Below are positions 39,185 to 52,200 of a stretch of 64,000 nt of DNA, one piece after another (the first letter of the stretch is position 1; every line of letters starts with the position of its first letter). The DNA comes from Octopus sinensis (Eukaryota): the NCBI RefSeq assembly GCF_006345805.1, contig NC_043009.1, positions 5,642,001 to 5,706,000 of the forward strand, given 5' to 3'. The notes under the pieces were generated by a model, which was not told the DNA's origin, searched no databases, and was given only the letters and a program-made list of their open reading frames with translations. The position numbers and the translations under genes are program-made.

Positions 39185-39360
39185 TATGTGGGCACAGGAC
39201 GTCATGAAACGTGTACATCAAAAAAGTACTAAGCACGAGTACATGGAACATGAAATATTCTTTCGAACAACGAAAGACACAAATGGAAAACAAAACAAAC
39301 AACATAAAGAACGACCCTTCATCAGTTGTTGGCTGTTTTTCTCGTCTCTTATTTCGAGCA
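39185..39360. repeat. (TA)n-adjacent dispersed repeat, homolog of 18213-18368
   Basis: Direct alignment by eye. Confidence 0.8.
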
Positions 39361-39499
39361 TTTAACAACAATATACGCTTTCCGTTAAACAGTTACTATC
39401 GAAAATCAATTTTATAAAATTTGCGATTTTGCGGAGGGTCGAAATAATTAACAACAACAGGACAGTGAAAACAAATAGAAAGGGCTGCTAAGCCTAAAT

Positions 39500-39960
39500 T
39501 AGGTTGTGGTGCCGAACTCGTAAATCAAGCTAGGACAGGAGACAAACAAAAATCGTATGACCTCTCTGAGAACCACCTCTCATTCTTTTCAGAGGTACGG
39601 TAACGTGTCGAATCTTTCTGCCGCATATATAGACTTCAAGCATCAACCCTTTCCATCCATGATTTCAACACAATATTCAGCAGCTTCGTATAACTGTCTG
39701 ATTCGAGTTTAAGGCCATGCTGATCCGTTGTTCGTAGAATTCTGGCGAGCGGATGTAGAACGCCTACTGTCTCCCTCTCCGTTAGCCATAGCATCGTAGT
39801 TTCAATCGCATCTTTCCTTGTGACGTATTCCAATATTTACGCTATTCACGGATCATTGAGCAGCAGTCATGGTTTCGTCACATAAATATCAAGGGTGAAT
39901 TACCATGATACAAGTAACACTTATTCAATATCCTGAAGTCTTCTATTACTCTCTATCAGA
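39500..39960 (-). pseudogene. Degenerate Tc1/mariner transposase catalytic region (DD37D/maT-like)
   Basis: QHGLKLESDSYTKLLNIVLKSWMERVDA*SLYMRQKDSTRYRTSEKNERWFSERSYDF resembles P.GL+LN.+.Y+..L..V+..W+ERVAAGRPYVWQQDSAPCHTS...Q.WLS.N.YDF. Upstream LCDE resembles FSDE. Confidence 0.75.
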
Positions 39961-40713
39961 TAAATTTCTCGCAACTCTAAATTTAATCTATTTTCTCTAT
40001 ATCCCTGTTGACTAATCGCAAAAACTGTTCCTCAAAAAAGGAGACATACATATTGGTTGAATATAGACCAAACATCATATATATTGATCAGATTTTCGTG
40101 ACACATAAATTCGACAAATATTAAAACGTATCTCTTAGTCATTGGCGTATTTTGCTTCTGTACCCTTGAATGTATCATAGGAGAGAGGGCATTATGTTTA
40201 TACTTCTTTATTCCAGATGTTTAATATTTTTATGAACTAACTGAAGCGCGGGATGAACATCTGCATACTATACATATCCAACGTGATAAATTTACTCATC
40301 CATCACAAGAAACGGATCTCATTTATGTAGATTTATTTATTTCTTTATTTATTTAATAGTGCCACGACAATAATGTGCAGATTTTTTTACTTTCTTCACT
40401 GTGTGCATTAATTAGTATATTAGATGCAGAGAAAATCAATTGAAATGCCCTAATATAGAAATTGTGTTTCAAAAAGAAATAGTAACTTCAAAAATACAGA
40501 CTTTGATATCAACATTGAGAGAAGATGCCGAGTAAAGCCGTGTTCCAGGTTCAGTTCTCAAAATATTTATCGATCTAGGTGATGAGTATATATATATATA
40601 AAGATAGACATCCATACACACATACATACCTACATGCATGCGTACATACATACATACATACATACATACATACATACATACACATACATATGTGTACATA
40701 TATATTCTTTCAT

Positions 40714-41035
40714 TCTTTTACTTGTTTCAGTTAGGACTTATTCTTTGTAAACCTAGTACTTATTCGTACGCTTTCTTTTGCCTAACCACTAAGTTACTGG
40801 GACGTAAACACACGAACATTGGTTGTCAAGCGATGGTAGGCGGGGAGGGACAAACACAGGTACAGACACAAATATATATACATATATATACGACGGAAAT
40901 CTTTCGGTTTCCGCCTACCAAGTCCACTCACAAGGCTTTGGTCAAACCGAGGCTATAGTAGAAGACACTTGCGCAAGGTGCCACGCATGTGGTTGGGAAG
41001 CAAGCTTCTTACCACACTGACACACCTGCGCCTAT
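40714..41035 (-). mobile_element. SINE family A, internally deleted
   Basis: Tail at 40714-40860 and head/core at 40890-41035. Confidence 0.8.
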
Positions 41036-41499
41036 ATATATATATATATATATACATATGAAAGTAGGGGATGCATGACGTTCAATTACTCAATAAATGA
41101 AAAAGTCATTAAATTCTACAAAGCGAACACGTAGGGAAGATAGACAAAGACCTTAATTCTTTATCAGTTAACGACCAAAAATTTTAATGGTCAGTTTCGA
41201 CCCTTCAACGATAAGTCTGATAATTCTTCTCTCCTGTTCTCTCGTCTTCTCTCACTTAGTTCTGGACTTTCTCCCTTCCTCCTTCCCTCTCTTCCTTCCT
41301 TCCTTCTTTCCTTCCATCCTTCCCTGTTCTCTCTGCCACTCTCTCTCTCCCTTTCTATCATCCCCCTCCCTTGTTCTACTGCCTACACCGGACCCGTGCC
41401 TAATCTTTTCCTCTCTGCCTGTTCGCTACCGGATGCTTAGCTTGCCGGTCAACATTTTCTCTTCTCTTATTATTTTCATTTTTATACCGATTGAATGTG

Positions 41500-41840
41500 A
41501 AGGCGCATGTCTCAGTGGTTAGGGCATTGAGCTTACGATCGTGAGGTTGTGAGCTCGATTCCCGGACCGGGCCGCGTGTTGTGTTCTTGAGCAAGACACT
41601 TTATTTCACGTTACTACAGTTCACTCAGCTGTAGAAATGAGTTGCGACGTCACAGGTGCCAAGCTGTATCTGCCGCTTTGCCTTTCCATTGGATAACACT
41701 AGTGGCGTGGAGTGAGGAAGCTGGTGTGCATGGGCAACTGCTGGTCTTCCATAAACAGCGTTGCTCGGACTTGTACCTGGGAGGGTAACTTTCTAGGTGC
41801 AATCCCATGGTCTCTGTTGTGACAGAAGGGGGTCTTAGAA
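41500..41840 (+). mobile_element. SINE family D: tRNA-Arg-derived with CORE-like domain (octopus OR-like)
   Basis: A box ctcagtggttaggg, ACG loop, B-box-like gctcgattcc, then gtgttcttgagcaagacactttatttcacg...cagttcactcagctgtagaaatgag similar to the CORE domain. Confidence 0.75.
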
Positions 41841-42374
41841 CCGATTGAATTTTCCTTCCAGGCGTTTGTGCTGGGCCGAAAGGCTATATATATTCTCTTG
41901 TCGTCTATCGTTTCAAATTACATTCGCTTTCTTTCGTATATCCACCCTGTATTATCTCGGTTACCTCGAGCCCTAATTCTTCGCAAATTTTGCGTGTGAC
42001 GCCAATATACAAAGTTCTCAGTCTTATTTCTAAAGGCACAAGACTGAGTTTTAGTATTTTTGGTCGATAACTGATGAAGAATTAATGTCCTTCTCTGTCT
42101 GTCCTACGTGTATCCTTTGTAGTATTTAATGCATTTTTCATTACATGTATGAAAAGCGTTGTTCTAACATTTATATGGGAACCTTGTGCTTCGAAGCTTA
42201 ACTCCACTCTAAGTATTATAATTCTCTTTCAGAAAATATCAATCTTACTTTGACCTTATAGTTATATGAAAGCTAAGTTACGTTTAAGATGTATTTACAT
42301 TTTTAAATGCGTAATGGAAATAGTTATATGCAAAAATTCAAATCAGTTCACAGTTTGATAAATATTACTTACTT

Positions 42375-42605
42375 TACTTTTTACTTTGTACCTGTTTCAG
42401 TCATGTGACTGTGGCCATGATGGAGCACTGCCTTTAGTCGAGCAAATCGACCCCAGGACTTATTCTTTGTAAGCCTAGTACTTATTTTTTCGGTCTATTT
42501 TGCCGAACCGCTATGTTACGGGGACGTAAACACACCAGCATCGGTTGTCAAGCGATGTTGGGGGGGAGGGGACAAACGCAGACACACGAACATATACACA
42601 CACAT

Positions 42606-42642
<37 letters not shown>

Positions 42643-43271
42643 ATATATATATATATAATATATAACATTATATAAAAGGCTTAGTAAAATAAATTACTTT
42701 GCCACATACTGAACTCATTAGAAATAGTAGCTAAAAAAACTTTTTTAAAACTATTTCTAATACTTAAAGAAAATCTCTCTCATATAGTGTTTGCTCAATC
42801 AACCCACGAAAGTATGGGGGTAAAGACATTAAAAAATCAAATGCAAAGGTTATTTGAGAACGTACGTTTCAAGATTAGTCAACTCGACATTTCTATCATC
42901 AGCTCAGAACTCCTTGGTTTGGATTTGAAAACACTGAAAGTGGGAGCATACCCTTTCGGCTTCTTATCGCTTCTGAAGATCTGCTCGAAACTAACAGTGC
43001 CAGCAAACCCAAAATATGCAGGCGAAGAATTTCTGCTCTCCCCTTTCCACCAGCGTGGGTTAAAATCAGTAAACACTATGCTTTTTCGGTAAAATCCGAA
43101 GCATTAATAGAGAGAGATGAATTATAATTTCAACAATTGAGGGTAAAATTAATTAATTATTAATCAATTTCACCAAGTATTCAGTATGTAAAGGGACCAT
43201 TTAAGGCGAATTCAAATTATTACATTATATAAAAGGGCTTAGTAAAATAAATTACTTTGCCACATACTTTG

Positions 43272-43311
<40 letters not shown>

Positions 43312-43487
43312 TATACATATATACGATGGGCTTCTTTCCGTTTCTGTCTACCAAATCCCCTCAAAAGGCTTTGGTCGGCCCGAGGCCATAGTAGAAGACA
43401 CTTGCCCAAGGTGCCACGCAGTGGGACTGAACCGGGAACCATGTGATTGGTAAACAAGCTACTTACCACACAGCCACTACTACGCCT
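42375..43487 (-). mobile_element. SINE family A split by a ~600-bp insertion in its internal microsatellite
   Basis: Tail at 42375-42600 and head/core at 43322-43487. Confidence 0.8.
42668..43268. mobile_element. Non-coding element with 45-46-bp direct terminal repeats, inside (TA)n
   Basis: cattatataaaag(g)gcttagtaaaataaattactttgccacatact at 42668 and again at ~43223. Confidence 0.75.
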
Positions 43488-43974
43488 ATTGTGCATTTTC
43501 AAATTGGAATAAACGTAGTGGATCTTTTATTTGAATAGATACAATGGCGCTTATGTATTCAGAGGATGATCTAACAAGTAGCGAATTTCGGAAAATTTGT
43601 AGCAAAATTAACATCGTGAGGATATGGAAATTGCTCTGACTGTAAGTTGATATTAAATTAAGGTCTCGAACCAATTGCATTTTAAGTCAAGTTAATTACT
43701 CTCTTATACCCTACTTATGCCAAGTTTAAAGAAACCTTTGAACTATTATCTGCTGCGGCATCGAAACCACTACAAAAGGCTGTCATACACAAGTAACTGC
43801 ATTGTTATTTGAATATATTTCTGTATGCTTTTACAAAGAAGTTAGTCTTATTTCAAGAAAATTAGACAGGTATATTGTGATAGGAATATGTTTCAAAATT
43901 CGATTAGCAGGTGATTAAAATGAAAACACCGGCTGGGTACATTTGATATTATACATGCCGCAACATCTACCACA

Positions 43975-44145
43975 ATATCTATACTATATTAAGGTAGCGA
44001 GCTGACAGAATTGTTACTGTAGAAATGCTTAGCGGCATTTATTCCGAGCTCGACTTTGTCTTACATTATTTTGAGGTAGACAAAATAAATACGATCTGGC
44101 CTTACGCCCTACTCTGAAATTGCTGGCTTTGGGCCAATATTTGAA
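43975..44145 (+). mobile_element. Degenerate SINE family C
   Basis: aaggtagcgagctgacagaattgttac...gaaatgcttagcggcattt...ctcgactttgtc. Confidence 0.55.
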
Positions 44146-45038
44146 ACCAATATTTATGTCATGTTGTATTTTCTGTATGGAATATTCATTTCTGTTTAGC
44201 TAACCTTGCAAACTGCACTAGATGTGTTAACACAAAATGGAATGTTGTCTTTCTATTGTGTGGATGGCCGTCTTAGTATTTTTTCCTCAATATAATAATT
44301 AAAATATGCTTTTTACCCGTTGTAGAGTATTGAACATAGACATGATATGATTAAGATTTTAACATTTTCTAAAGGAAAAAGATGGAAAAGAAAGAAAAAA
44401 CAGTTGAAAGCCGAGAAAATGATGCGGTATTGCTTCCAATATTTGCCCTCGAATAAGTAAAATATTGGGTTGGCAAATAAGTACCCATCGTTTTTTTTTG
44501 TTTTAATTTTGGAATTTATTGCGCTTATAAAATGTGAAATATATTTTTTTCGAGAATTCTATTTTTGAATCATTTTGGAATTTATTTTGTTTTTGTTTTT
44601 TTTTTCTAGTGCGTTGCGAATCAATTTGTTAGAAGGAAAACCAGTCATACTCAAATACGAGAATGGGCTGCGATGTGTTTTGGCTGACTATGAAAGAATG
44701 ACGCGCGAGCTATGAAATCACGTGTGCATTTATTGCGACTGTATTTATTAATAAATGCAATGTTTCTTTAAAAGTAAACCAAGACACACACATACACACA
44801 TACACACACACACACACACACGTGCATATACTGTTATGTATTTTCACCTGTGTACTAACGATTTTACCAGCTCAACGCCTGCAGCCTTTGTGCATTAAAC
44901 TGCTTTTAGCATTTTCATTTATAATCAGTTAATTTTTGAAAGAAAACTAAATCAGGTGTGTGGGTGTCTTTCTAATTGCGTTTATCTGCCTCAAACTATA
45001 TAATGATTGCTGTGGATTTTATTTACGTCACCATACTG

Positions 45039-45372
45039 AGACCCCTTCAGTCATGACTGACCATGGGATTGATCCTAGGAAGTTACCCTCCTAGGCACAA
45101 TTCCGGGCAACGTTGTTTTATGTAAGACCAGCAGTCGCCTATGCATACCGGCCTCCTCTCGCCACTCCACCAGTGTTATCCAAGGCAAAGGGAAAGGGGC
45201 CGATACAGCTTGGCACCTGTGACGTCGCAACTCATTTCTACAGCTGAGTGAACTACAGCAACGGGAAATAAAGTGTCTTGCTCAAGAACACAACACGCAG
45301 CCCGCTCCGGAATTCGAACTTACAACCTCACGATCGTAAGCTCGACTCTCTAATCACTGAGCCATGAGCCTT
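45039..45372 (-). mobile_element. SINE family D (CORE-like), complete
   Basis: Reverse complement of 41500-41840. Confidence 0.8.
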
Positions 45373-46075
45373 CACACATCACCATAACTTAGCGGTTTAA
45401 TGATCGGCAAAGCTGGATAGAATGCGTACATGACGTAATGAAATATGTAGTAAGATCGATATATTCGATTATAACACTTCCGTGCGGTGTTCAGTCATGG
45501 CCACAGTCCAATGAGTAAAAGAAGCAAGAATAAATGGTAAAAGATATATTTAACTTCTCTTTTGGTTTCCTTAAATCCAAATTTCTTAAAATTTCCCATA
45601 TGAACACATTTCACCTAAGTCTCAACAATTTCACAGACAAATACTGCTAAGGAAACGGATATTTGACGTAAACCATATATTTCAAGATATTTTAGTTCTG
45701 ACTTTTGTTTCGAAAGCCATGCACTTGAACTATTCATATCTACATGTTTGAACTTTTGACCTCGTAACACGTGATCATTTTAGATAATTCAGTCCCGTTT
45801 CCTCTCTCTCTCCCCGCCTTTCATTTCAATTTACACCTTATATTTATCAAGTGAGTAATATTTCACAACCAAGCACATTTGATAGGAAATGTCATCTCGC
45901 TGAACAGGAAAATAAACCTGCTGAAATTTATTCAGATTAAATAAGAAAACTACACACTTACACATACACACACACACGCACACACACATACACACACACA
46001 CACACACGCACACACACACACACACGCACGCAAGCACAAACACATGCCTCTGTACAAACATACATACACACACAC

Positions 46076-46107
<32 letters not shown>

Positions 46108-46164
46108 CATGTATGTATGTATGTATGTATATATATATATATATATATATATTGTTATATTTGC

Positions 46165-46256
<92 letters not shown>

Positions 46257-46636
46257 CATACGTATATTAAGGGTATATATATATGCGTTCGAAAAGACGG
46301 AAGAGTGAGTAGGTGCAACGCCATAAAATGTAAATTGCGTTGATTTATGATGTCTCGAGTTGTGAAATGATTGGTGAAGTTAATCTCTGTCTACATTTTT
46401 AAGGTCGTATTTTATTATGTTTTTATATGCTTAAAAAATAACTTGAGAAAGAAACTTACATGAAATATGTGCATATAGGTATGTGTGTAAATCTGTATGT
46501 ATATGTATGTATATGTATGTATATATGTATGTATATATGAATGGCTAGATGAATGCGTAGACGTAAGCATATACGAATATATGTAAATAGATACACAGGC
46601 ACAGAAGCACATGCATATAATTTAACACATCCACAC

Positions 46637-46792
46637 CTGAACGCTCAGAAGGATTTCTACGTATGCGAGCATCGCAGCGTGGATACAATGTATTCTTTGC
46701 ATCCGTGAGATACATTTTTTTCGGAACTATAGCAAAGCAATTCGGGTATATGTCCCACCATTGCATCCCTACCTTCCTAGTGTTGAGTGTTA
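46637..46792 (-). CDS. Candidate internal coding exon of an unidentified host gene (156 nt, phase 1-1)
   Basis: Acceptor ttttgcctccAG, donor cag|GTgtgg, one open frame TLNTRKVGMQWWDIYPNCFAIVPKKMYLTDAKNTLYPRCDARIRRNPSERS. No family recognised. Confidence 0.3.
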
Positions 46793-47165
46793 ACTGGAGG
46801 CAAAATTTTTAATACAATGAAATTTAGATGCTCGTGTGCACATGCATGCTTATAGATAGAAACACACGTACGTACGCGCGCTGACCTACATGCAAACATA
46901 CATACATGAATACATACATACGTATACATATGTGTGTGTGTGTGTGTGTATGTGTGCATACCAGAGGAAGCACATGAATGGGAAACAAGATGGGAAAAAA
47001 TAGTACTCGAATGTTGTAGGTAGAGAAATATGCTATATTATTAAAGCTACAAAAACGTCACAAAAATATTAATGGGATCCATTCTCTGTCCCAACTGTCC
47101 GACGAACGGCGACGTGAAACTCTGAGTAGCAGCATTTTGTGATAGTTTTGCAGCTTTAATAAAAA

Positions 47166-47202
<37 letters not shown>

Positions 47203-47533
47203 CTTATTGGAAACAACCTTTGGTGGCTATACCAGAAAATGGAGCTATTTTTAGCACTAGAGTTAACCACTTAGTGGTAACACTCTAATATTTAAGTACA
47301 AATTTGTATTGTCTCCCTGTATTTTTATGTGCTAAGCCACTTGGTGTTAAACTGATGGTATTATTAAATTAATATCTAATTTTTCACCCTCAATTATATA
47401 TATATATATATTGTTTGCCTCGTTAACTGAAAGAATGCCGGAGCAGGTTTCCGCTCCGAGATCCGAAACTCGGAGTCTTAATATACAACCGAATAACTGT
47501 CACATATCCTATTACTGATATATACATATATAT

Positions 47534-47581
<48 letters not shown>

Positions 47582-47604
47582 TATATATATATATATATAT
47601 ATAT

Positions 47605-48024
47605 CTTTTTCTCTCTCTCTTTCTCTTTTCTCTTTTACTTGTTTCAGTCATTTGACTGCGGCCATGCTGGAGCACCGCCTTTAATCGAGCAACTCGACCC
47701 CGAGACTTATTCTTTGTAAGCCCAGTACTTATTCTATCGGTCTCTTTTTTGCCGAACCGCTAAGTGACGGGGACGTAAACACACCAGCATCGGTTGTCAA
47801 GCAATGCTAGGGGAACAAACACAGACACACAAACAAACACATATATATATATACATATATACGACAGGCTTCTTTCAGTTTCCGTCTACCAAATCCACTC
47901 ACAAGGCATTGGTCGGCCCGGGGCTATAGCAGAAGACACTTGCCCAAGATGCCACACAGTGGGACTGAACCCGGAACCATGTGGTTGGTTAGCAAGCTAC
48001 TTACCACACAGCCACTCCTGCGCC
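47605..48024 (-). mobile_element. SINE family A, complete copy
   Basis: Full head (ggcgcaggagtggctgtgtggtaagtagc...ggttccgggttcagtccc), core, internal microsatellite and tail. Confidence 0.9.
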
Positions 48025-48988
48025 TATATATATATATATATATATATATATTTACATATAAATATGTATGATGGAACAAGTGTTCGTGACCTCATGCGTC
48101 TGTCAATGACATTGCTGTGTAAACAGGGAGAAAAGGAGTCGTCTGGGAATGCTCTGTCCTGCGCGGGGACTCGATCGGATGAGTGATTCATTCTGAAGAG
48201 GTGATGGTCGTACCATGAGCAACCTATGCTGTAACATTCGTCTCTTTCTTCGATTTCTTGCACAGAAAAGTTTTGGTCAACTATTTCCGTGGAATTAGCA
48301 ACTTGACCAATATTCACCTCACAGTACATATGCACTTCACACATTGTCAGATAAATTTAAAGGGTAACTAGTAAATATATCTTTCTGAGCTAAATAACCT
48401 GCAATGAATATAAATTATTCATTGGTCTATTTATCCTCGGATTTAGCTATGTGCATTCAAATAATTCAAAAATTCCTCAGACGCGCAGACTGTATCGATC
48501 AATCTAATAACTTTATATTCCAGGTTCCGACGTATCTATCAATAAGTAATAGCTTCTATATTAAATTAGAAAGGCTATCTGATTAAATTACGTAATATCT
48601 CTTCTCGCCATACTGTTGGTAAAAGGTGTATTTAGCACTCTGCTAAACTACTCGTTAAATGTTCAGCCACTATCTTGCTTTGAGTTGAAGCAACTACTCA
48701 ATCGAAAATTCTTGCTTGGTTTTTGACACCATATTCGCTCACCCATTTGTGTTCGCTATTTAATTTATTTAAATTAACTCTTTCATTTCAAGTTCACAAA
48801 TTCTAACCAGCTGAATATTTATTTCAAAGATAGGCAGTAAAGATAGGTTTTTATTGTAGTAGAGCGTAGGATTATTATAATTCACCTGATCGATCACTTT
48901 GGCTCTCGGTCGGCATCGATATAAAAAAAAAGAGGTAAATGCAAACGATTAAACGGAATAACGAAGGGAATGGTGTTTGAAACTGCGC

Positions 48989-49042
48989 TGATAGTAATGA
49001 TAGTGATGATGATGATGATGACGATGATGATGATGATGGTTA

Positions 49043-49073
<31 letters not shown>

Positions 49074-49760
49074 CATGACGATGATGAAGAAGTAGAGGAG
49101 GAGAGGGAGGTGGTGGTGGTGGAGAATGAGGAGGAAGACGAGGAGAAGGAGGAGAAGAAGGAGGAGAAGGAGGAGAAGTATGAGGAAGAGGAGGATAAGA
49201 AGGATGAAGAGGTGAAGAAGAAGGAGGAAGAGGAGGAGGAGAAGAAAGAGGAAGGGGAGGAGAAGGAGGATGAAGGGGTTGAGAAGGATGAAGAGGAGGA
49301 GAAGGAGGATGAAGGGGCGGAGAAGAAGGAGGAAGAGGAGGAGAAGGATGAAGGAGGTGGTGGAGAAGGAGGCAGGCAAGTCTAGTAATGATTGCACTGG
49401 TAATGGTGAAGATGAAAATGATGATGATGATGATGAGAGTGATGACGATGATCACGATCATGATAGTCATGATGACGGTTTATGATGATCATGATAATCC
49501 TGATGATAATGATAATGATGATACCGACGCTGCTGATGAGGGTGGTTATCATACTGCTGATAAAGGCACGACGACGACAGCGCTGACAATGATAGGGACG
49601 TCGATGTTGACGACGATGACGCGTACGGCGATGTTGATGATAAGGATGAATCGAACAGCAATCACAAAGAAGACGATAAAAACGTCGAAGACAACGAGAA
49701 ACACCACCACCACCTGCAACACCACCACCACCAACAACAACAACAACATCAACGCCATCC
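48989..49760. repeat. ~770-bp compound trinucleotide tract (GAT, GTT, GGT, GAG/GAA, GAC, CAC, CAA)
   Basis: Read directly from the sequence. Confidence 0.95.
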
Positions 49761-51419
49761 CGATGAATGCCGTGGTGGTAGTAGCGGAAATGCCTCTGTT
49801 GTTGGTAATGAAGATGCCAATGTTTCGCTCAGAGTCGTATTTAATGTGTTATTAGCATTTGAGAGAATTTTAAACATTCTCCTCTAAGTTATGATACATT
49901 AATATGGTTAATTTTCCTATGTTAGTAATTTTTTATTCTCGTTTCAATGTCCACAGTTAATTAAGGTTCATCTGTGCTATGATACAATTAGTCCTAATTT
50001 AATATAATTATCTTACGCGTGTGTATTTGAGTATGTCTATAACATGCCTCTGTGATTCGTTTATTACATCATGCTAATGCAGGTGTTTGCATATTATTAC
50101 GTGACACATGTTGAAATATCAACCGAAGTAAATAGATTGCTAATAAAGGCCTCTGAAGAAGCAGTCTTGATTACTCAGCATAATTTCCGTTATTAAAAGA
50201 AAAAAATAAATAATAACTGCGTTAATTTATATAGTTTTACTAAATGATATAGGAAGTTATTAATTCAATTAATGTGGGTTTCATACTCGCTAACCCATTA
50301 TATTTACGATTTTCTCTGAAATTTTTACATTAAAATAATCTGATTTATATTGTTAATTTTGAAATACATTATGGCTGCTTTTGGCAATTAATTATCGGAA
50401 GAAATATAATTTCCTTGTATATGCAATATAAAACAGTTTTCCTTTTCATTTTGTTTGTTGTATAGCAAAACCAATTGTTTAGGATCGAGCTGGCCTTCAA
50501 GGTCAGTGATAGGTTTTGATGTTTTAAGCACCCCTTAATTTCTTCATAATTAGCTCTTGGTTTTTGCCTGGAGATGACAATCTAGTCTTCCGGCAAAGCT
50601 ATATTCAACGCGTTACCACGCCATTTACTATATAAAGAAAGGCTTTTTATAAAATACACTTCAAAGTCTCAGATATGAACATGAGCACATATACCTACGC
50701 ATGAAAGAATACACAAGAACACAGAGTCAATAAATGTAGAGTAGATGTGTAAACATTGATTTAAAGGTAATTTAATAGGAAATGAAGGTGATTAAATCAG
50801 CCCCAGCATTAAACTGCTGTATAAACCATTGATCTCAGCAAGATGAATGGCGAACATGAATCCAGGAGATAAATCAGGGTAACAAATGATACAAGATATT
50901 TTATCCGTTGTATTGATTGTGTTACCAATCGAACTAGATTTTAAAAAAAAAACCCAAATACACTCATTAAACTCCAAAATTTAATATTTGATAATATCAT
51001 GAATATGGTTGAAGGTGTAGTAAGGTTTAGACTCTATTTAATATAAATGACTACTTATTACCTTGAGTGAACATAATTTTAAGTAACTGTAGTGTTTTGT
51101 TAATCGCTGGTCAGATGTTCAACCCCACGGCAAAGAATGTAATGGATACAGCGCAACTAGTATCGACGGTCTTTCCTGTATCTTGCCACTGAAATATGAA
51201 ACGAGCAGTATTGAACCAGAAATTGAATACCTCAACATAGCTGTAGGTCATCTCTTTGACGTGGCAGAATATATGGTAGTACTGTTAATGAGATTTTCAG
51301 GGGCTGAGCAGTAAGCATTGGTCAAATTGAACTGGACTACAGTTTGATCGCATTTTCTCTTTCTAGATACCCGTATCACTTGGTTAATTTTACCCGTGTG
51401 CTCCAAAGACCCAGACTAG

Positions 51420-52200
51420 GGATGTGTGCCAAAATATCTATTAATCAAACTGTAATTCGTCATTCTTTTGGAAAAAGAGCTAACCTTCAACTCTATGAGG
51501 AGAAATGGTTCAGAACTGGTTAACCTCAGATGAATATACTTGTTTCGAAACATCTTCCTAACTCTTTTTCCCGATGATAGGATAACTCCATTTGCCATAT
51601 CCAACAGAATTTTCCATAATTTGTGCGGTGGAATTGCGCATTTTTCGTATAGTTTATGAGGCATACCCTATCGCTATGGGTCAACGAATGCTGATTGAGC
51701 ATCCTTGACGGCGATTTGAACTTCTTTGTATCTTGTTTCTCCAGTATTAAGCTTTTGTTTAAGAGCCACGGTTCTGCAGAACGTCGAATGTGCACTTAAC
51801 GTATGTTCCTTATGTTACATGTTTCTCTTTGAGGAAGTTTTGCACAATTTCATTAGACGTTATCATTGTCTCAGATATAGCTTTCCCAACACTGACTGGC
51901 ATGGTTTCTTCATAATCTGCTCATGCTAACTTGTCGATCTCCAAGAATTTTCTGTCATTCTTCGCATAGAAAGGTGCTGGTGAAACCTTGTTATAAAATC
52001 TTTTAAACCTTATTCCCTCCAAACTAACACTAATAGTAAATTGCTTACTGAGAATCTAATTTTCTTTTCTCATATGCAACATTCTTCAACCCCAATTGTT
52101 TAGCTGCTTTTCAGATATTCCGATATTTCCTATCCTTTCCTGTTTGCTAAAGCGTTCCTTGCACCTTTTGACATCATTTGTTGTGAAGCCTTCATTTTAC
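51420..52200 (-). pseudogene. Highly degenerate LINE reverse transcriptase fragment (RTE-like)
   Basis: LINYTKN../.PPHKLWKILLDM resembles F+DY.KAFD.V.H.KLW.+L..MG. The rest is barely alignable. Confidence 0.35.

Noticed and set aside
42895-42925. CTGATGA-ta-GAAAT-GTC minimal hammerhead (minus)
   Set aside because: No stem II, and stem I is not complementary.
44463-44485. Mariner-like TIR TATTGGGTTGGCAAATAAGT
   Set aside because: No partner TIR found in the window; the element cannot be delimited.
51115-51310. Plus-strand open frame with AG/GT ends (DVQPHGKECNGY...)
   Set aside because: Weak acceptor, unrecognised peptide, and adjacent to a decayed LINE on the opposite strand.
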